From positions 64,001 to 128,000 of the forward strand of contig JBPOFY010000001.1 of assembly GCA_051252375.1 (NCBI GenBank): a stretch of 64,000 bases of DNA. Direction: 5' to 3'. The stretch is from Opitutaceae bacterium (GTDB taxonomy: Bacteria; Verrucomicrobiota; Verrucomicrobiia; Opitutales; Coraliomargaritaceae). Made by a program: the position numbers and the translations under genes. Shown here in pieces: positions 9,217 through 19,066 of this stretch. Numbering within the stretch: position 1 is the stretch's first letter; each line of letters starts with the position of its first letter. The notes under the pieces were generated by a model. It made no database searches. It was not told the origin of the DNA and saw only the letters and a program-made list of their open reading frames with translations.

Positions 9217-10501
9217 GAGCTACGTTTGGATAACTGCCTAGCCATTTTACAAACGAGCAATGGGCTTCCAATTCGGCGAGCGCGGCTTGCACGAGCTCGT
9301 CTTCGTAATGCCCGATAAAGTCGATAAAGAAGAGATAGTCCCAAGCCTTTTTGCGGCTGGGGCGCGACTCGATCTTACTGAGATTGATGCCGCGTGATGC
9401 AAAGGGACGAAGTGTTTTTTCTAATGCGCCGGGCTCATCTTTGAGTGAGATCACCAAACTGGTTTTATCTCGGCCTTCACCAAGTGGCTTGGCTCGTGTT
9501 TTGCCGATCACCAAGAAGCGAGTTACGTTGTCGTCACGATCTTGGATACCACGCGCTTGAATTGTGACTCCATAACGATGGGCAGAAAGTTCGCTGGCTA
9601 CTGCGGCGACTCCAGCCGTTTCTTTCGCTGTGCATACGGCATCTGCGGTGCTGACGACGTCGGTCAACGTGGCATCCGGCAAGTGCTGACGAAGCCAATC
9701 GCGGCACTGTCCTAGCGCTTGATCCTTCGAGCGCACTTCCGTAATCTGATCGAGCGGTGATTGCGAGATCAGGCAATGCTCAATCGGCAAATAGACTTGC
9801 GAGCAAATGTGTAAATCAGACTCGACCAACATATCCATCGAGTGAAAGACCGCGCCTTCGGTGGAGTTCTCGATCGGCACGACGCCATAGTCAGCTGCTC
9901 CGGATTCGACTTCGGAGAAAACATCGGGAATGGTTTTGATCGCTTTATACTCCAGGCTCACGCCAAAGTTGCGAATGGCCGCTTGGTGGGTGTAAGTGGC
10001 TTCGGGCCCGAGGTAGCCGATAATCAGTTTCTTCTCGAGGGCAATCGATCCGGAGATTACTTCGCGATATACGGATTGAAGGGTGCTATTCGTAATTGGC
10101 CCGGGATTGAGCGCGGCAATTTTAGCCATGACCTGCGCTTCGCGTGTCGGGTCGTAGTAATCGGCTCCGTTGGCGTGTTTGATTTTACCGATCTCAGCGG
10201 CGTGCTGCACGCGCTGGTTCAGTAGCTGGACAATCGTCTGGTCGATCTCGTCGGTCACGGCGGTCTCAGTCGCCACCGCAGCAGGGTCGAGCCCAGCAAT
10301 CATCAGCGCCATATAAATAGCCTGCAATGTCTCGTCTGAAAGTGGTCCTGCGTTATATGCTGCAACTTTAGCCAACACTTGAGCCTCATCGGCACCACCA
10401 TCGTGCAGGACACGTCGGTTCAGCAACTCCACGACTTGCGTATCAATCTGATCGATCGCGTCACGGTTACGCTGCAGTTTGGCATTAATTGCTTCAGGCA
10501 T
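9203..10501 (-). CDS. pheA: Chorismate mutase/prephenate dehydratase (P-protein) with a duplicated CM region
   Basis: YLGPEATYT, VPIENSTEG, NVTRF and ACT-domain INLSKIESRPS motifs. Start placed at ATG 10501, next to the scpB stop. Confidence 0.93.
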   Translation of the reverse strand: MPEAINAKLQRNRDAIDQIDTQVVELLNRRVLHDGGADEAQVLAKVAAYNAGPLSDETLQAIYMALMIAGLDPAAVATETAVTDEIDQTIVQLLNQRVQHAAEIGKIKHANGADYYDPTREAQVMAKIAALNPGPITNSTLQSVYREVISGSIALEKKLIIGYLGPEATYTHQAAIRNFGVSLEYKAIKTIPDVFSEVESGAADYGVVPIENSTEGAVFHSMDMLVESDLHICSQVYLPIEHCLISQSPLDQITEVRSKDQALGQCRDWLRQHLPDATLTDVVSTADAVCTAKETAGVAAVASELSAHRYGVTIQARGIQDRDDNVTRFLVIGKTRAKPLGEGRDKTSLVISLKDEPGALEKTLRPFASRGINLSKIESRPSRKKAWDYLFFIDFIGHYEDELVQAALAELEAHCSFVKWLGSYPNVARDEG

Positions 10502-10502
10502 A

Positions 10503-11300
10503 TTAACTCTCCTCTTCGATTTCGGCATTCTCCGGAGCTGCGTCGCTCTCGGCGTTTTCCTTCTGCCAGTCAATTTCGGCAAATTCTTCGTCCAGTGGCA
10601 ACTCGTCGCGCTTTGGTTCCTTCGACAGGCCCATATCCGTGTCACTGATTTCATCTTCTGGCTCATCACTACGACGCATCCAGTCGTCGATCTGGTGATT
10701 GCTCAATACATCGGACGCAGGGAGCTCATCGAGCTCCTTGATGCCGGTAAATTCGAGGAACTTCTCTGTGGTGCCGTATTGAATCGGGCGACCGGGCAAC
10801 TCCGCGCGACCGGTCACATAGACGAGCTCGAGCTCAATCAGCTTATTTAAAGCGCTATCTACCGAAACACCACGGATCGCTTCCATCTCGGCGCGAGTGA
10901 CTGGCTGGCGGTAGGCGACAATCGACATCGTCTCCATGGCGGCAGGGCTCAGCTTCATCGGGCGCGGTTGCCCACGTAATAAACGAACAAACTCTGCAAA
11001 CTGCGGTGCAGTCACAATCTGGTAGCCATTTGGCCCCTCGATCAGGCGATAGGCTTTGTCCTCAACCTCTGCTTCATCGGTCAATACTGTCAACACCTCC
11101 TGAATTTGCGCCAAAGTCACTGCCTTCGGCAGTTCAGTGGCATCCTCGTCCTCAGCGGACTCCTCATCGTCTTCTGCTTCTGCGGCCTCCATCATTTCCT
11201 GATGATAGCGCGTGAACAGCTTGACCACATCTTTAAGTGTGATCGGCTCTGCGGTTGAAAGCAAAAGGGCTTCCAAAGTCTTTTTGAGATCTAATTCCAT
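10503..11300 (-). CDS. scpB: SMC-Scp complex subunit ScpB
   Basis: LEALLL...; LSPAAMETMSIVAYRQPVTRAEMEAIRGV; GRPIQYGTTEKFLEFTGI. Confidence 0.95.
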   Translation of the reverse strand: MELDLKKTLEALLLSTAEPITLKDVVKLFTRYHQEMMEAAEAEDDEESAEDEDATELPKAVTLAQIQEVLTVLTDEAEVEDKAYRLIEGPNGYQIVTAPQFAEFVRLLRGQPRPMKLSPAAMETMSIVAYRQPVTRAEMEAIRGVSVDSALNKLIELELVYVTGRAELPGRPIQYGTTEKFLEFTGIKELDELPASDVLSNHQIDDWMRRSDEPEDEISDTDMGLSKEPKRDELPLDEEFAEIDWQKENAESDAAPENAEIEEES

Positions 11301-11439
11301 AGGTAATGGTTGCAATAAAATGGAGATATAAAGTCTTGAATAGTAAAAAGGGTATTGTCGAGGCTCCCGCTATTGATTGAAATCCTCGGTTTTCTGCAAC
11401 GAGAAAGACCACGAACACACATTTAATTCATAAAAGATC

Positions 11440-13155
11440 ATGGCTGACAACAACACACGCCCACACTCCTCTATCGTCGTCGACGGCACCGACCGCGCGC
11501 CTGCCCGCTCTATGCTCCGCGCAGTCGGCTTCCAAGATGAAGATTTCAAGAAGCCACAGATCGGCGTCGCAGGTTCACCCAGTGACCTCACACCCTGCAA
11601 CATGCACCTCGGCGAGCTAGCCGAGCACGCCACAATAGGCATCAACAACGCCGGCGGTAAGGCAGTCAACTTCAGCACCATCACCGTTTCCGACGGTATC
11701 AGCATGGGCACCAAGGGCATGCGCTACAGCCTCGTTTCCCGCGATGTTATTGCCGACTCCATCGAAACCGTGGTCGCGGCCGAAGGTTTCGACGGTCTCG
11801 TTGCGATCGGCGGCTGCGACAAGAACATGCCCGGTTGCATGATCGCCCTCGCCCGCCTGAACCGCCCTGCTGTGTTCGTTTACGGTGGCACGATCCTTCC
11901 CGGTCTGATGCCACACGACGAAGAAGAGCAGCGTAACCCGATGGACATCGTCTCCGTCTTTGAAGCAGTTGGTAAGCACGCCAAGGGCGAATTGACCGAC
12001 GAAGAACTCAAAGAAGTAGAAAAATACGCGATTCCAGGCGCAGGCTCCTGCGGCGGCATGTATACCGCCAACACCATGGCCAGTGCGATTGAAGCGCTCG
12101 GCATGAGCCTTCCCGGCAGCTCCGCTCAAGTCGCCATCGGCGAACCAAAACGTAAAGACTGTGAAATGGCTGGTGCCGCCGTCCTAAAGCTCCTTGAAAA
12201 AGACCTCAAGCCCCGCGACATCATGACGCGCAAGGCCTTCGAAAACGCCATCACCACTTGCTTGTCGCTCGGCGGTTCGACCAACTTGATCCTCCACTTG
12301 CTCGCCATCGCACACTCTGCCGATGTCAACCTGACGATCGACGACTTCAAGGAAATCGGCGAACGCGTGCCCCTGCTCGCCGACCTCAAGCCTTTCGGGA
12401 AATATAACATGAGCCACCTCATCCGTATCGGCGGCATCCGTCCGATGATGAAGATGCTCCTCGACCGCGGCATGCTGCACGGCGATTGCCTCACCGTCAC
12501 CGGCGAAACCGTCGCGGAGTCCCTCAAAGACGTTCAGCCATACGCCAGCTATCCGGACGAGCAGGACATTATCCGTCCTTTCGATCAGCCGATCAAAGAA
12601 ACCACACACCTTCGTATCCTCCGCGGCAACCTCGCTCCAGATGGTGCCGTTGGTAAAATCACCGGCAAGGAAGGCCTCTACTTCAAAGGCACTGCCAAAG
12701 TTTACGAAGGCGAAGAAGCAGCCCTCATCGGCATTCTTCGAGGCGACGTCGTTTCCGGCGATGTTGTCGTCATCCGCAACGAAGGCCCCGTCGGCGGACC
12801 TGGTATGCGCGAAATGCTTTCTCCCACCAGTGCAGTTGCAGGCCGTGGTCTAATCAAGGAAGTTGCGCTTATCACAGACGGACGTTTCTCCGGAGGCAGC
12901 CACGGCTTCGACGTTGGGCACATCACTCCTGAAGCAGCCAATGGCGGCCCCATCGGCATCGTTAAAGAAGGCGACCAGATCGAAATCGATGCGGTTAAGA
13001 ACACTATCAATATCTTAATCGACGACGCGGAATACGATGCCCGCATGGCAGCCTTCAAGCCCACTGGCGCGGGATCCAAACGCGGAGTCCTCGGCAAATA
13101 CGCCGCCACCGTCGCCAGCGCCTCCGAAGGTGCAGTTACCGATAAGAACCTGTAA
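11440..13155 (+). CDS. ilvD: Dihydroxy-acid dehydratase
   Basis: TPCNMH, GCDKNMPG, GSCGGMYTANTM and GGPGMREML motifs. Confidence 0.97.
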   Translation: MADNNTRPHSSIVVDGTDRAPARSMLRAVGFQDEDFKKPQIGVAGSPSDLTPCNMHLGELAEHATIGINNAGGKAVNFSTITVSDGISMGTKGMRYSLVSRDVIADSIETVVAAEGFDGLVAIGGCDKNMPGCMIALARLNRPAVFVYGGTILPGLMPHDEEEQRNPMDIVSVFEAVGKHAKGELTDEELKEVEKYAIPGAGSCGGMYTANTMASAIEALGMSLPGSSAQVAIGEPKRKDCEMAGAAVLKLLEKDLKPRDIMTRKAFENAITTCLSLGGSTNLILHLLAIAHSADVNLTIDDFKEIGERVPLLADLKPFGKYNMSHLIRIGGIRPMMKMLLDRGMLHGDCLTVTGETVAESLKDVQPYASYPDEQDIIRPFDQPIKETTHLRILRGNLAPDGAVGKITGKEGLYFKGTAKVYEGEEAALIGILRGDVVSGDVVVIRNEGPVGGPGMREMLSPTSAVAGRGLIKEVALITDGRFSGGSHGFDVGHITPEAANGGPIGIVKEGDQIEIDAVKNTINILIDDAEYDARMAAFKPTGAGSKRGVLGKYAATVASASEGAVTDKNL

Positions 13156-13214
13156 GAACATCGAACATTAGTTCCATCTCACGCATCACTCGGTTCAATT
13201 TAATTCATACTAAA

Positions 13215-13296
13215 TTCAACATTCGAAGTTGGACGTTCGAAGTTCAACGTTCACCCTCACCCTTCTAACTTCACAATTCTAACTTCAGACTTCTTA
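13215..13296. repeat. Degenerate heptamer tandem repeats
   Basis: ttcaaca-ttcgaag-ttggacg-ttcgaag-ttcaacg-ttcaccc, then cttctaa-cttcaca-attctaa-cttcaga-cttctta, just before the pgi start. Confidence 0.7.
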
Positions 13297-13298
13297 AA

Positions 13299-14873
13299 AT
13301 GTCCTGGGAACGCTTCAAACAACACTATCTCAATATCAACGAGCTCGATTTCGCGATCGACATCAGCCGCATCGATTTCGGAGACGACTTCTTTGCCACG
13401 ATGGAGCCCAAGATGCAGTCCGCCTTCACCGCGATGCAGGAGCTCGAAGCAGGTGCGATCTCCAACCCAGACGAAGGTCGGATGGTTGGCCACTATTGGT
13501 TGCGCAACGCCGCGCTCGCGCCTCAACCAGAGCTCACCACCGAGATCGAGAAGTGCCTCGCAGATATCAAACAAATCGCGGCCGACGTCCACAGCGGCGG
13601 AATCAAAGGTAGTAATGGCAATTTCAAGAACTGCTTAGTGATCGGCATTGGTGGTTCAGCCCTCGGCCCTCAGTTCGTAGCTGATGCCCTCGGCTGCCCG
13701 AAAGCCGACAAGATGAAGCTCTTCTTCTTCGACAACACCGACCCTGACGGCATGGACCGCACCCTAGCTGCCCTCGACGGCCAGCTAGGCAATACACTCT
13801 CCGTTGTCATCTCCAAGTCAGGTGGCACCGCTGAAACCCGTAACGGCATGCTCGAAGCGCAATCCGCATACACTGCCGCAGGACTAGACTTTTCCAAACA
13901 TGCGATCGCCATCACTGGCGTGGATTCAAAATTGGACAAAGTCGCTGTCAGTGAAAACTGGCTCACTCGCCTCCCGATGTGGGACTGGGTCGGCGGTCGC
14001 ACCTCCGAACTCGCTGCTGTTGGCCTATTTCCAGCCGCGCTCCAAGGCCTAGACATCCAACGTATGCTCGACGGCGCGTCCGCGATGGATACTGCCACAC
14101 GCAGCACAGATACCGCGAAGAACCCTGCCGCCTTGCTCGCTCTGATGTGGTATTTCGCAACAGACGCCAAAGGGGCCAAGGACATGGTTGTCCTCCCTTA
14201 CAAAGACCGCCTCATGCTTTTCTCCAAGTATCTCCAGCAGCTCGTCATGGAGTCGCTCGGCAAGGAGTTCGACCTCGATGGCAATAAGGTCAGCCAAGGC
14301 ATCGCCGTTTACGGCAACAAAGGCTCGACCGACCAACACGCTTACGTCCAACAGCTTCGCGAAGGGGTGCACAATTTCTTTGTGACTTTCATTGAAGTCC
14401 TCAAGGACCGCTCCGGCGACTCGATCGAAGTCGAGGCGGGCACCACCACTGGCGATTTCCTACAAGGCTTCTACCTCGGCACCCGCGACGCACTCTATGA
14501 GAACGGCCGCCAATCCATCACGATTACGGTCCGTGAAGTCACGCCTGAGGCAGTTGGCCAGCTAATCGCCCTCTTCGAACGTGCCGTCGGGCTCTACGCA
14601 TCACTCGTCAATATCAACGCCTACCACCAGCCAGGCGTGGAAGCAGGTAAAAAAGCCGCCGCGACCGTCCTGGAGCTTGAGCAACAGACGATTACCACGT
14701 TAAAAGAAAATAACGGCAATCCATTGACCGCAGATGCAGTTGCCGCAAAGTTAGGTCTTGAATCGCAAGCAGAACTAATTTTTAAGTTACTGCTTCGTTT
14801 AGCCGCTAATAATCGTGGCGTTAGCGCCATTGCTAGAACCCCAGTCCATCAAACCGAATTCATTTTTGTGTAA
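13299..14873 (+). CDS. pgi: Glucose-6-phosphate isomerase
   Basis: [34 protein letters not shown] and HQPGVEAGK motifs. Confidence 0.97.
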   Translation: MSWERFKQHYLNINELDFAIDISRIDFGDDFFATMEPKMQSAFTAMQELEAGAISNPDEGRMVGHYWLRNAALAPQPELTTEIEKCLADIKQIAADVHSGGIKGSNGNFKNCLVIGIGGSALGPQFVADALGCPKADKMKLFFFDNTDPDGMDRTLAALDGQLGNTLSVVISKSGGTAETRNGMLEAQSAYTAAGLDFSKHAIAITGVDSKLDKVAVSENWLTRLPMWDWVGGRTSELAAVGLFPAALQGLDIQRMLDGASAMDTATRSTDTAKNPAALLALMWYFATDAKGAKDMVVLPYKDRLMLFSKYLQQLVMESLGKEFDLDGNKVSQGIAVYGNKGSTDQHAYVQQLREGVHNFFVTFIEVLKDRSGDSIEVEAGTTTGDFLQGFYLGTRDALYENGRQSITITVREVTPEAVGQLIALFERAVGLYASLVNINAYHQPGVEAGKKAAATVLELEQQTITTLKENNGNPLTADAVAAKLGLESQAELIFKLLLRLAANNRGVSAIARTPVHQTEFIFV

Positions 14874-14903
14874 AACCTCACTTACACTCCCCCAGTATTA
14901 TAT

Positions 14904-15737
14904 ATGAAAAGTCTATCCCTCATCCTTCGCATCGTTGCTATTGTGGCCGCTATCGCCGCAGCAGCACTCTTCTTCATCTCCCAGGGTAAACTGGAAGAGA
15001 AGCAAACGCAGCTCGAAGCATCTCAAAAAGCAACTGCAGCAACTCAAGCCGAGCTTGAAACCGCTAATAACGATATCGCGAAGCTTGAAGGCCGCTTGAA
15101 AAATGAGCGCGAAGCTCTGGCCGACACAAAGGACAAGCTCGAAGAAATGCGCTCTGAAATGTATACGGCTCGCCAAGAAGTGACTCGTAAAGAGCAAGAG
15201 CTGACCGAAACAAAGGATAAGCTGACCGAAGTAGAAGGCAGCGCCCGCCGCTTACGTGCCGACCTTATTGCCACCGAGCAACAGCTCGCGGCAGCCAGCA
15301 AGGAAACTGAAATTGCGCAGCTCAACGAGCGCGTCGCAGAACTCGAGCTAGCTAACACCACTCTGAAATCAGACCTTGAAGCTGAACTCGCAATCAAAGC
15401 AGCCAAATCGCCCAAGAAAACGACCTCATCCAATGGCTCAGCTGGAACATCCGGTGCAGGTCAAACAGGTTCAAGCAGCGCTGCAGTGCAGCCTGTATCC
15501 ATCGGCGCCGAAGCAGTAATCGCATCTGTCGACACTAAGAACGGCATCATCGTATTGAGTGGTGCATCTGAGCTCGGTCTCAACGCCGGAGCTGAAATCA
15601 CACTGATTAGAGACCTTGTAGCAGTCGGTAAAATCAAAGTCATCGATGTCCAAGAAGATTTAGCCGTTGCCAGCATCCTTCCAGGTGCGAAGTCACGCCA
15701 ATTAATTGAAGGCATCACTGTCAACCTCCTCCTCTAA
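14904..15737 (+). CDS. Membrane-anchored coiled-coil protein with a C-terminal beta domain
   Basis: N-terminal TM helix, ~135 aa heptad-rich E/K/L/A region, Ser/Gly linker and beta-rich C-terminus. Confidence 0.8.
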   Translation: MKSLSLILRIVAIVAAIAAAALFFISQGKLEEKQTQLEASQKATAATQAELETANNDIAKLEGRLKNEREALADTKDKLEEMRSEMYTARQEVTRKEQELTETKDKLTEVEGSARRLRADLIATEQQLAAASKETEIAQLNERVAELELANTTLKSDLEAELAIKAAKSPKKTTSSNGSAGTSGAGQTGSSSAAVQPVSIGAEAVIASVDTKNGIIVLSGASELGLNAGAEITLIRDLVAVGKIKVIDVQEDLAVASILPGAKSRQLIEGITVNLLL

Positions 15738-15758
15738 TCTCTGACGAGCCACAGGACC

Positions 15759-15905
15759 ATGATACAGCGTATTTTTATCTTCCTCGCCCTAACCATCAGC
15801 GCATTGGCTTTGACTGGTTGCTTTGACAGCGATGTAGACGAACAATCTGTGCCATGGGGACGCCCTGCAGACTGGGAGCGTGGAGCTCCTGGATTCGGCG
15901 GATAA
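15759..15905 (+). CDS. Small putative lipoprotein (48 aa)
   Basis: Hand translation: MIQRIFIFLALTISALALTGCFDSDVDEQSVPWGRPADWERGAPGFGG. Lipobox LTG-C; AGGA just upstream; terminator directly downstream. Confidence 0.8.
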   Translation: MIQRIFIFLALTISALALTGCFDSDVDEQSVPWGRPADWERGAPGFGG

Positions 15906-15931
15906 TACGTCACCAATATTCTTTAATTTCT

Positions 15932-15965
15932 AAACGCCGGAACGATCTTAGTTCCGGCGTTTTTT
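15932..15965 (+). terminator. Rho-independent terminator
   Basis: aaacgccggaac-gatctta-gttccggcgttt hairpin followed by a T run. Confidence 0.85.
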
Positions 15966-15978
15966 ATCTACTTTTTCG

Positions 15979-16338
15979 ATGAGAAAAATCAAAGCCCTTA
16001 TCTACGCAATCATCGGCGGTATGATGTGTTGGAATACCTTCAATAAGGGGCATGTCACGGTATCTTTAGGAATTGGGTTTTTCACCCTCGCGGCTATCGC
16101 CATCACCCTCGCAGCCATCGGCACCAAGAAAATCACCTGGGACGACTCCGGCATCACCATCACCAAATTCCCCAGCGCTCCAATCCACATCCCGTGGTCA
16201 CAATTGGAAAAAATGCGTGTCGACCACCTCGGCTATCACATCCAGTGCAAACGCACGAAATTCAAGATTCGCCGCAAAAATATGCCTGATCATCTACTCG
16301 AAAAGCTCCGAGCCAGCATCCGAGACAACAAAGCTTAG
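15979..16338 (+). CDS. Small membrane protein (2 TM plus PH-like soluble domain)
   Basis: Two hydrophobic segments followed by a KITWDDSGITI...IPWSQL pattern. Confidence 0.65.
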   Translation: MRKIKALIYAIIGGMMCWNTFNKGHVTVSLGIGFFTLAAIAITLAAIGTKKITWDDSGITITKFPSAPIHIPWSQLEKMRVDHLGYHIQCKRTKFKIRRKNMPDHLLEKLRASIRDNKA

Positions 16339-16353
16339 AGCACCGCGTGGACC

Positions 16354-16644
16354 TTATTCCCCGACGGCAGCCGAAGCACTCGTCTCAAAAATCGAAAACT
16401 CATCCTCATAAACCTTGAGGAGATTCACCACCGCATCCTTGCGGGACGGCGTGCATGTTAAAAACAATTCCACGCCATCTTCAGTTTCCAAGCCCATCCA
16501 GAGCTTAACAGCCTCATAATGCCCCAGCAACCAAACCAGCGCCTGCTGCATCTCCGTCCCATCAGTCGGTAATTCATAGAAGTCAGCAGTGCTATCACTG
16601 TGAGACCACGAAACGGTTTTGGGATTATCTAAAAAAGTCGGCAC
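16354..16644 (-). CDS. Hypothetical protein
   Basis: 96-aa GTG-start ORF that fills the gap and has protein-like composition; no motif recognised. Confidence 0.5.
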   Translation of the reverse strand: MPTFLDNPKTVSWSHSDSTADFYELPTDGTEMQQALVWLLGHYEAVKLWMGLETEDGVELFLTCTPSRKDAVVNLLKVYEDEFSIFETSASAAVGE

Positions 16645-16753
16645 AACAGAGCTTATTAGTGGGGTGGTTTATAAAATATTCAAGACAACGAATACAGCCA
16701 TAAAGGGTTTAGATTTTTTTGACAAAGTCTAAACAATTCACCTCAGCAATTCA

Positions 16754-17533
16754 TCAGGTTTCCAACTGTGCAATCCGCCGAACCACCTCAGCTGCCAAAA
16801 CAAAACCCACCGTCCCAGTCAAAAAAGACGCCGAACCAAACCCTTCGTCGCAGTTTAATCGATAATCCGTGCCTGACTCGCGCTCACACGAAACCGAACC
16901 ATCCGCCTGCGGGAATGTCGGCGACTCATCCGAGTAAACACAATCGATTTTGAACTTCTGACGCTTGAACTTGGGAAAGCCATATTTGCTGCGCAACTTC
17001 TTACGAACCTGTAGCAGCAAGGGGTCATTGATCGTGCGCGCCAAATCATCGATCCGCACCCGAGTCGGGTCGACACAACCACCTGCACCGCCACAGGTTA
17101 TCAGCTTCAGGCCTAGCCTCCGCGCCTCTGCGATCAAAAAACACTTATGCCGTGTCCCGTCGATGGCATCCACAATGTAGTCATATGGCACCGCCAACAA
17201 ACGCTCGGCAGTGGTCGGCGTAAAAAAACATTCCTCCACCACCACTTCGCATTCAGGCGCGATCAAAGCCACGCGCTCAGCCAGAACAGAGGCTTTCGAG
17301 CGCCCGACGGTGCCATTCATCGCATGGATCTGCCGGTTCACATTACTCAGGCACACCTCATCCATATCAACGATGGTCATTTTACCCACACCCGAACGAG
17401 CAAACGCCTCGACCACCCAAGAACCGACGCCGCCAAGTCCTATCACACAGACATGCGCCGCCTTCAGGCGCGCCAAGCCATCCGCTCCATATAAGCGACC
17501 CAGTGCACTAAAACGTGTTTCGTAGTCAGACAT
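16754..17533 (-). CDS. tcdA: tRNA threonylcarbamoyladenosine dehydratase (ThiF/E1-like)
   Basis: GLGGVGSWVVEAFARSGVG, SNVNRQIHA, NDPLL and VYSDE motifs. Confidence 0.92.
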   Translation of the reverse strand: MSDYETRFSALGRLYGADGLARLKAAHVCVIGLGGVGSWVVEAFARSGVGKMTIVDMDEVCLSNVNRQIHAMNGTVGRSKASVLAERVALIAPECEVVVEECFFTPTTAERLLAVPYDYIVDAIDGTRHKCFLIAEARRLGLKLITCGGAGGCVDPTRVRIDDLARTINDPLLLQVRKKLRSKYGFPKFKRQKFKIDCVYSDESPTFPQADGSVSCERESGTDYRLNCDEGFGSASFLTGTVGFVLAAEVVRRIAQLET

Positions 17534-17540
17534 TGATGCA

Positions 17541-17575
17541 AAGTTAGAAGTGAGAAGTTGGAAGTGAGAAGCTTG
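17541..17575. repeat. Heptamer tandem repeat (AAGTKRG-like, 5 units)
   Basis: aagttag-aagtgag-aagttgg-aagtgag-aagcttg. Confidence 0.75.
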
Positions 17576-17649
17576 AAAATCACACCTAGGTCAAAAAAAA
17601 TCCGCCACCCAACTTCTAGCTTCACACCTCGAGCCCCCATCCCCACTCT

Positions 17650-17721
17650 CAACTTCTCAACTTCCCAACTTCCCAACTTCCCAACTTCCCCACTTCCCAA
17701 CTTCCCCACTTCCCAACTTCA
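17650..17721. repeat. Octamer tandem repeat C(A/C)ACTTCC, 9 units
   Basis: Counted directly; ends 4 nt before the Nif3 ATG. Confidence 0.95.
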
Positions 17722-17725
17722 AACC

Positions 17726-18484
17726 ATGCCTTCCCTCCAAGAAATCGTCGCCTTTTGTGATACCCGCACCCGCCAAAAAGAAATCAAGGATTTCAGCGGT
17801 GCTTACAACGGTCTCCAACTCGAGAACAACGGCCAAGTGACTAAAGTTGCCGCCGCAGTCGATGCGGGGCAGCGCCCTTTCGAGGCAGCCATCGCCGCCG
17901 GTGTCGACTTCCTGATCTGCCACCACGGTCTCTACTGGACCGCACCAATCCCACTCGTCGGCTCCGATTACTCGAAGATCAAGACCGCGATGGACGGCAA
18001 CCTAGCCGTTTACGGCGCACACCTGCCGCTCGACGGTCATCCCGAGATCGGCAACAACGCGCTCTTGGCCGACGCGCTAGGTCTAAACAAAATCGGCACC
18101 TTTCTCAGCTACGAAGGCAACGATATGGCCGTCATCGCCGAAGGTCCCACTGGCGGACGCGCTGGATTGGCCACTAAACTAAAAGCACTTTTCCCAGAAA
18201 CCTATCAGGCGATCGAATACGGCAGCGATCAGCCAAAACGTATCGGCATCCTCACTGGTAGCGGTCAAAGCGCCGTCGCCCACCTCAAGGCCAACGACAT
18301 AGACACTCTGATCACTGGTGAACTCCGCCAACACCACTTCAACATGGCTCAAGAGCTAGGGCTTAACCTCTACCCCTGCGGCCACTACGCGACCGAAGTT
18401 TTCGGCGTGCAAGCACTCGCCCAAGAAGTCGCTAAAGCCTTTGGAATCGAGTATACTTTCATCGAACAACCCTGCCGACTCTAA
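17726..18484 (+). CDS. Nif3-like dinuclear metal centre protein (YbgI/DUF34)
   Basis: NGLQLE, CHHGL, HLPLDGHPEIGNN and GHYATE motifs. The ORF-track N-terminal extension is translated repeat. Confidence 0.93.
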   Translation: MPSLQEIVAFCDTRTRQKEIKDFSGAYNGLQLENNGQVTKVAAAVDAGQRPFEAAIAAGVDFLICHHGLYWTAPIPLVGSDYSKIKTAMDGNLAVYGAHLPLDGHPEIGNNALLADALGLNKIGTFLSYEGNDMAVIAEGPTGGRAGLATKLKALFPETYQAIEYGSDQPKRIGILTGSGQSAVAHLKANDIDTLITGELRQHHFNMAQELGLNLYPCGHYATEVFGVQALAQEVAKAFGIEYTFIEQPCRL

Positions 18485-18554
18485 TCAAAACCACAAAGGA
18501 AACAGACAATTTGGTTCTGGATTCATACCACCTCATTTGTCATATACTTAGGTA

Positions 18555-18989
18555 ATGAAACGCATCGTCATCCTTAACGGGCCCAATCTGGACCGACTCG
18601 GCATTAGAGAGCCGGACATTTACGGCGACCAAACTCTGACCGACTTAGAGAACCTCATCACCGAAGAAGCCCAAACCCTAGGTGTTCAGGTGCAGTTTTA
18701 TCAATCCAATCACGAAGGCTTTCTCATCGATGAAATCAGCGAATACGCTGACTCCGAAGTCTTCGGATTGATCATCAACCCAGGCGCACTCACCCACACC
18801 AGCCTCGCATTACGCGATGCCATCGCGGGCAGCGATTTGCCTGTCGTAGAAGTGCACATCAGCAATATTTACAAAAGAGAGACCATACGCCAACACTCGA
18901 TCACCGCCGAAGCCTGTATTGGAGTCATCTCCGGCTTAGGCTTCGATGGCTACGTGGCCGCCCTCCAACATCTCGCGAAGTTAGATTGA
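18555..18989 (+). CDS. aroQ: Type II 3-dehydroquinate dehydratase
   Basis: LNGPNL..LG.REPDIYG, QSNHEG, INPGALTHTS and EVHISN motifs. Confidence 0.97.
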   Translation: MKRIVILNGPNLDRLGIREPDIYGDQTLTDLENLITEEAQTLGVQVQFYQSNHEGFLIDEISEYADSEVFGLIINPGALTHTSLALRDAIAGSDLPVVEVHISNIYKRETIRQHSITAEACIGVISGLGFDGYVAALQHLAKLD

Positions 18990-19066
18990 TTCAAACCAAG
19001 CAACTTCCAACCAAACTCATCCACAAGGCATACGCCTAACAAATAACCAAAAACCAAAATATCAGC

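Noticed and set aside
10502..10669. N-terminal extension of the pheA ORF
   Set aside because: Overlaps scpB in another frame; ATG 10501 next to the scpB stop is the more plausible start
13215..17721. CRISPR array at the short-repeat tracts
   Set aside because: Units are 7-8 nt with no unique spacers, and there are no cas genes
17464..17926. ORFs with GKLGSWEV / LPNFPTS repeats, including the Nif3 extension from 17558
   Set aside because: These are translations of the non-coding octamer repeat
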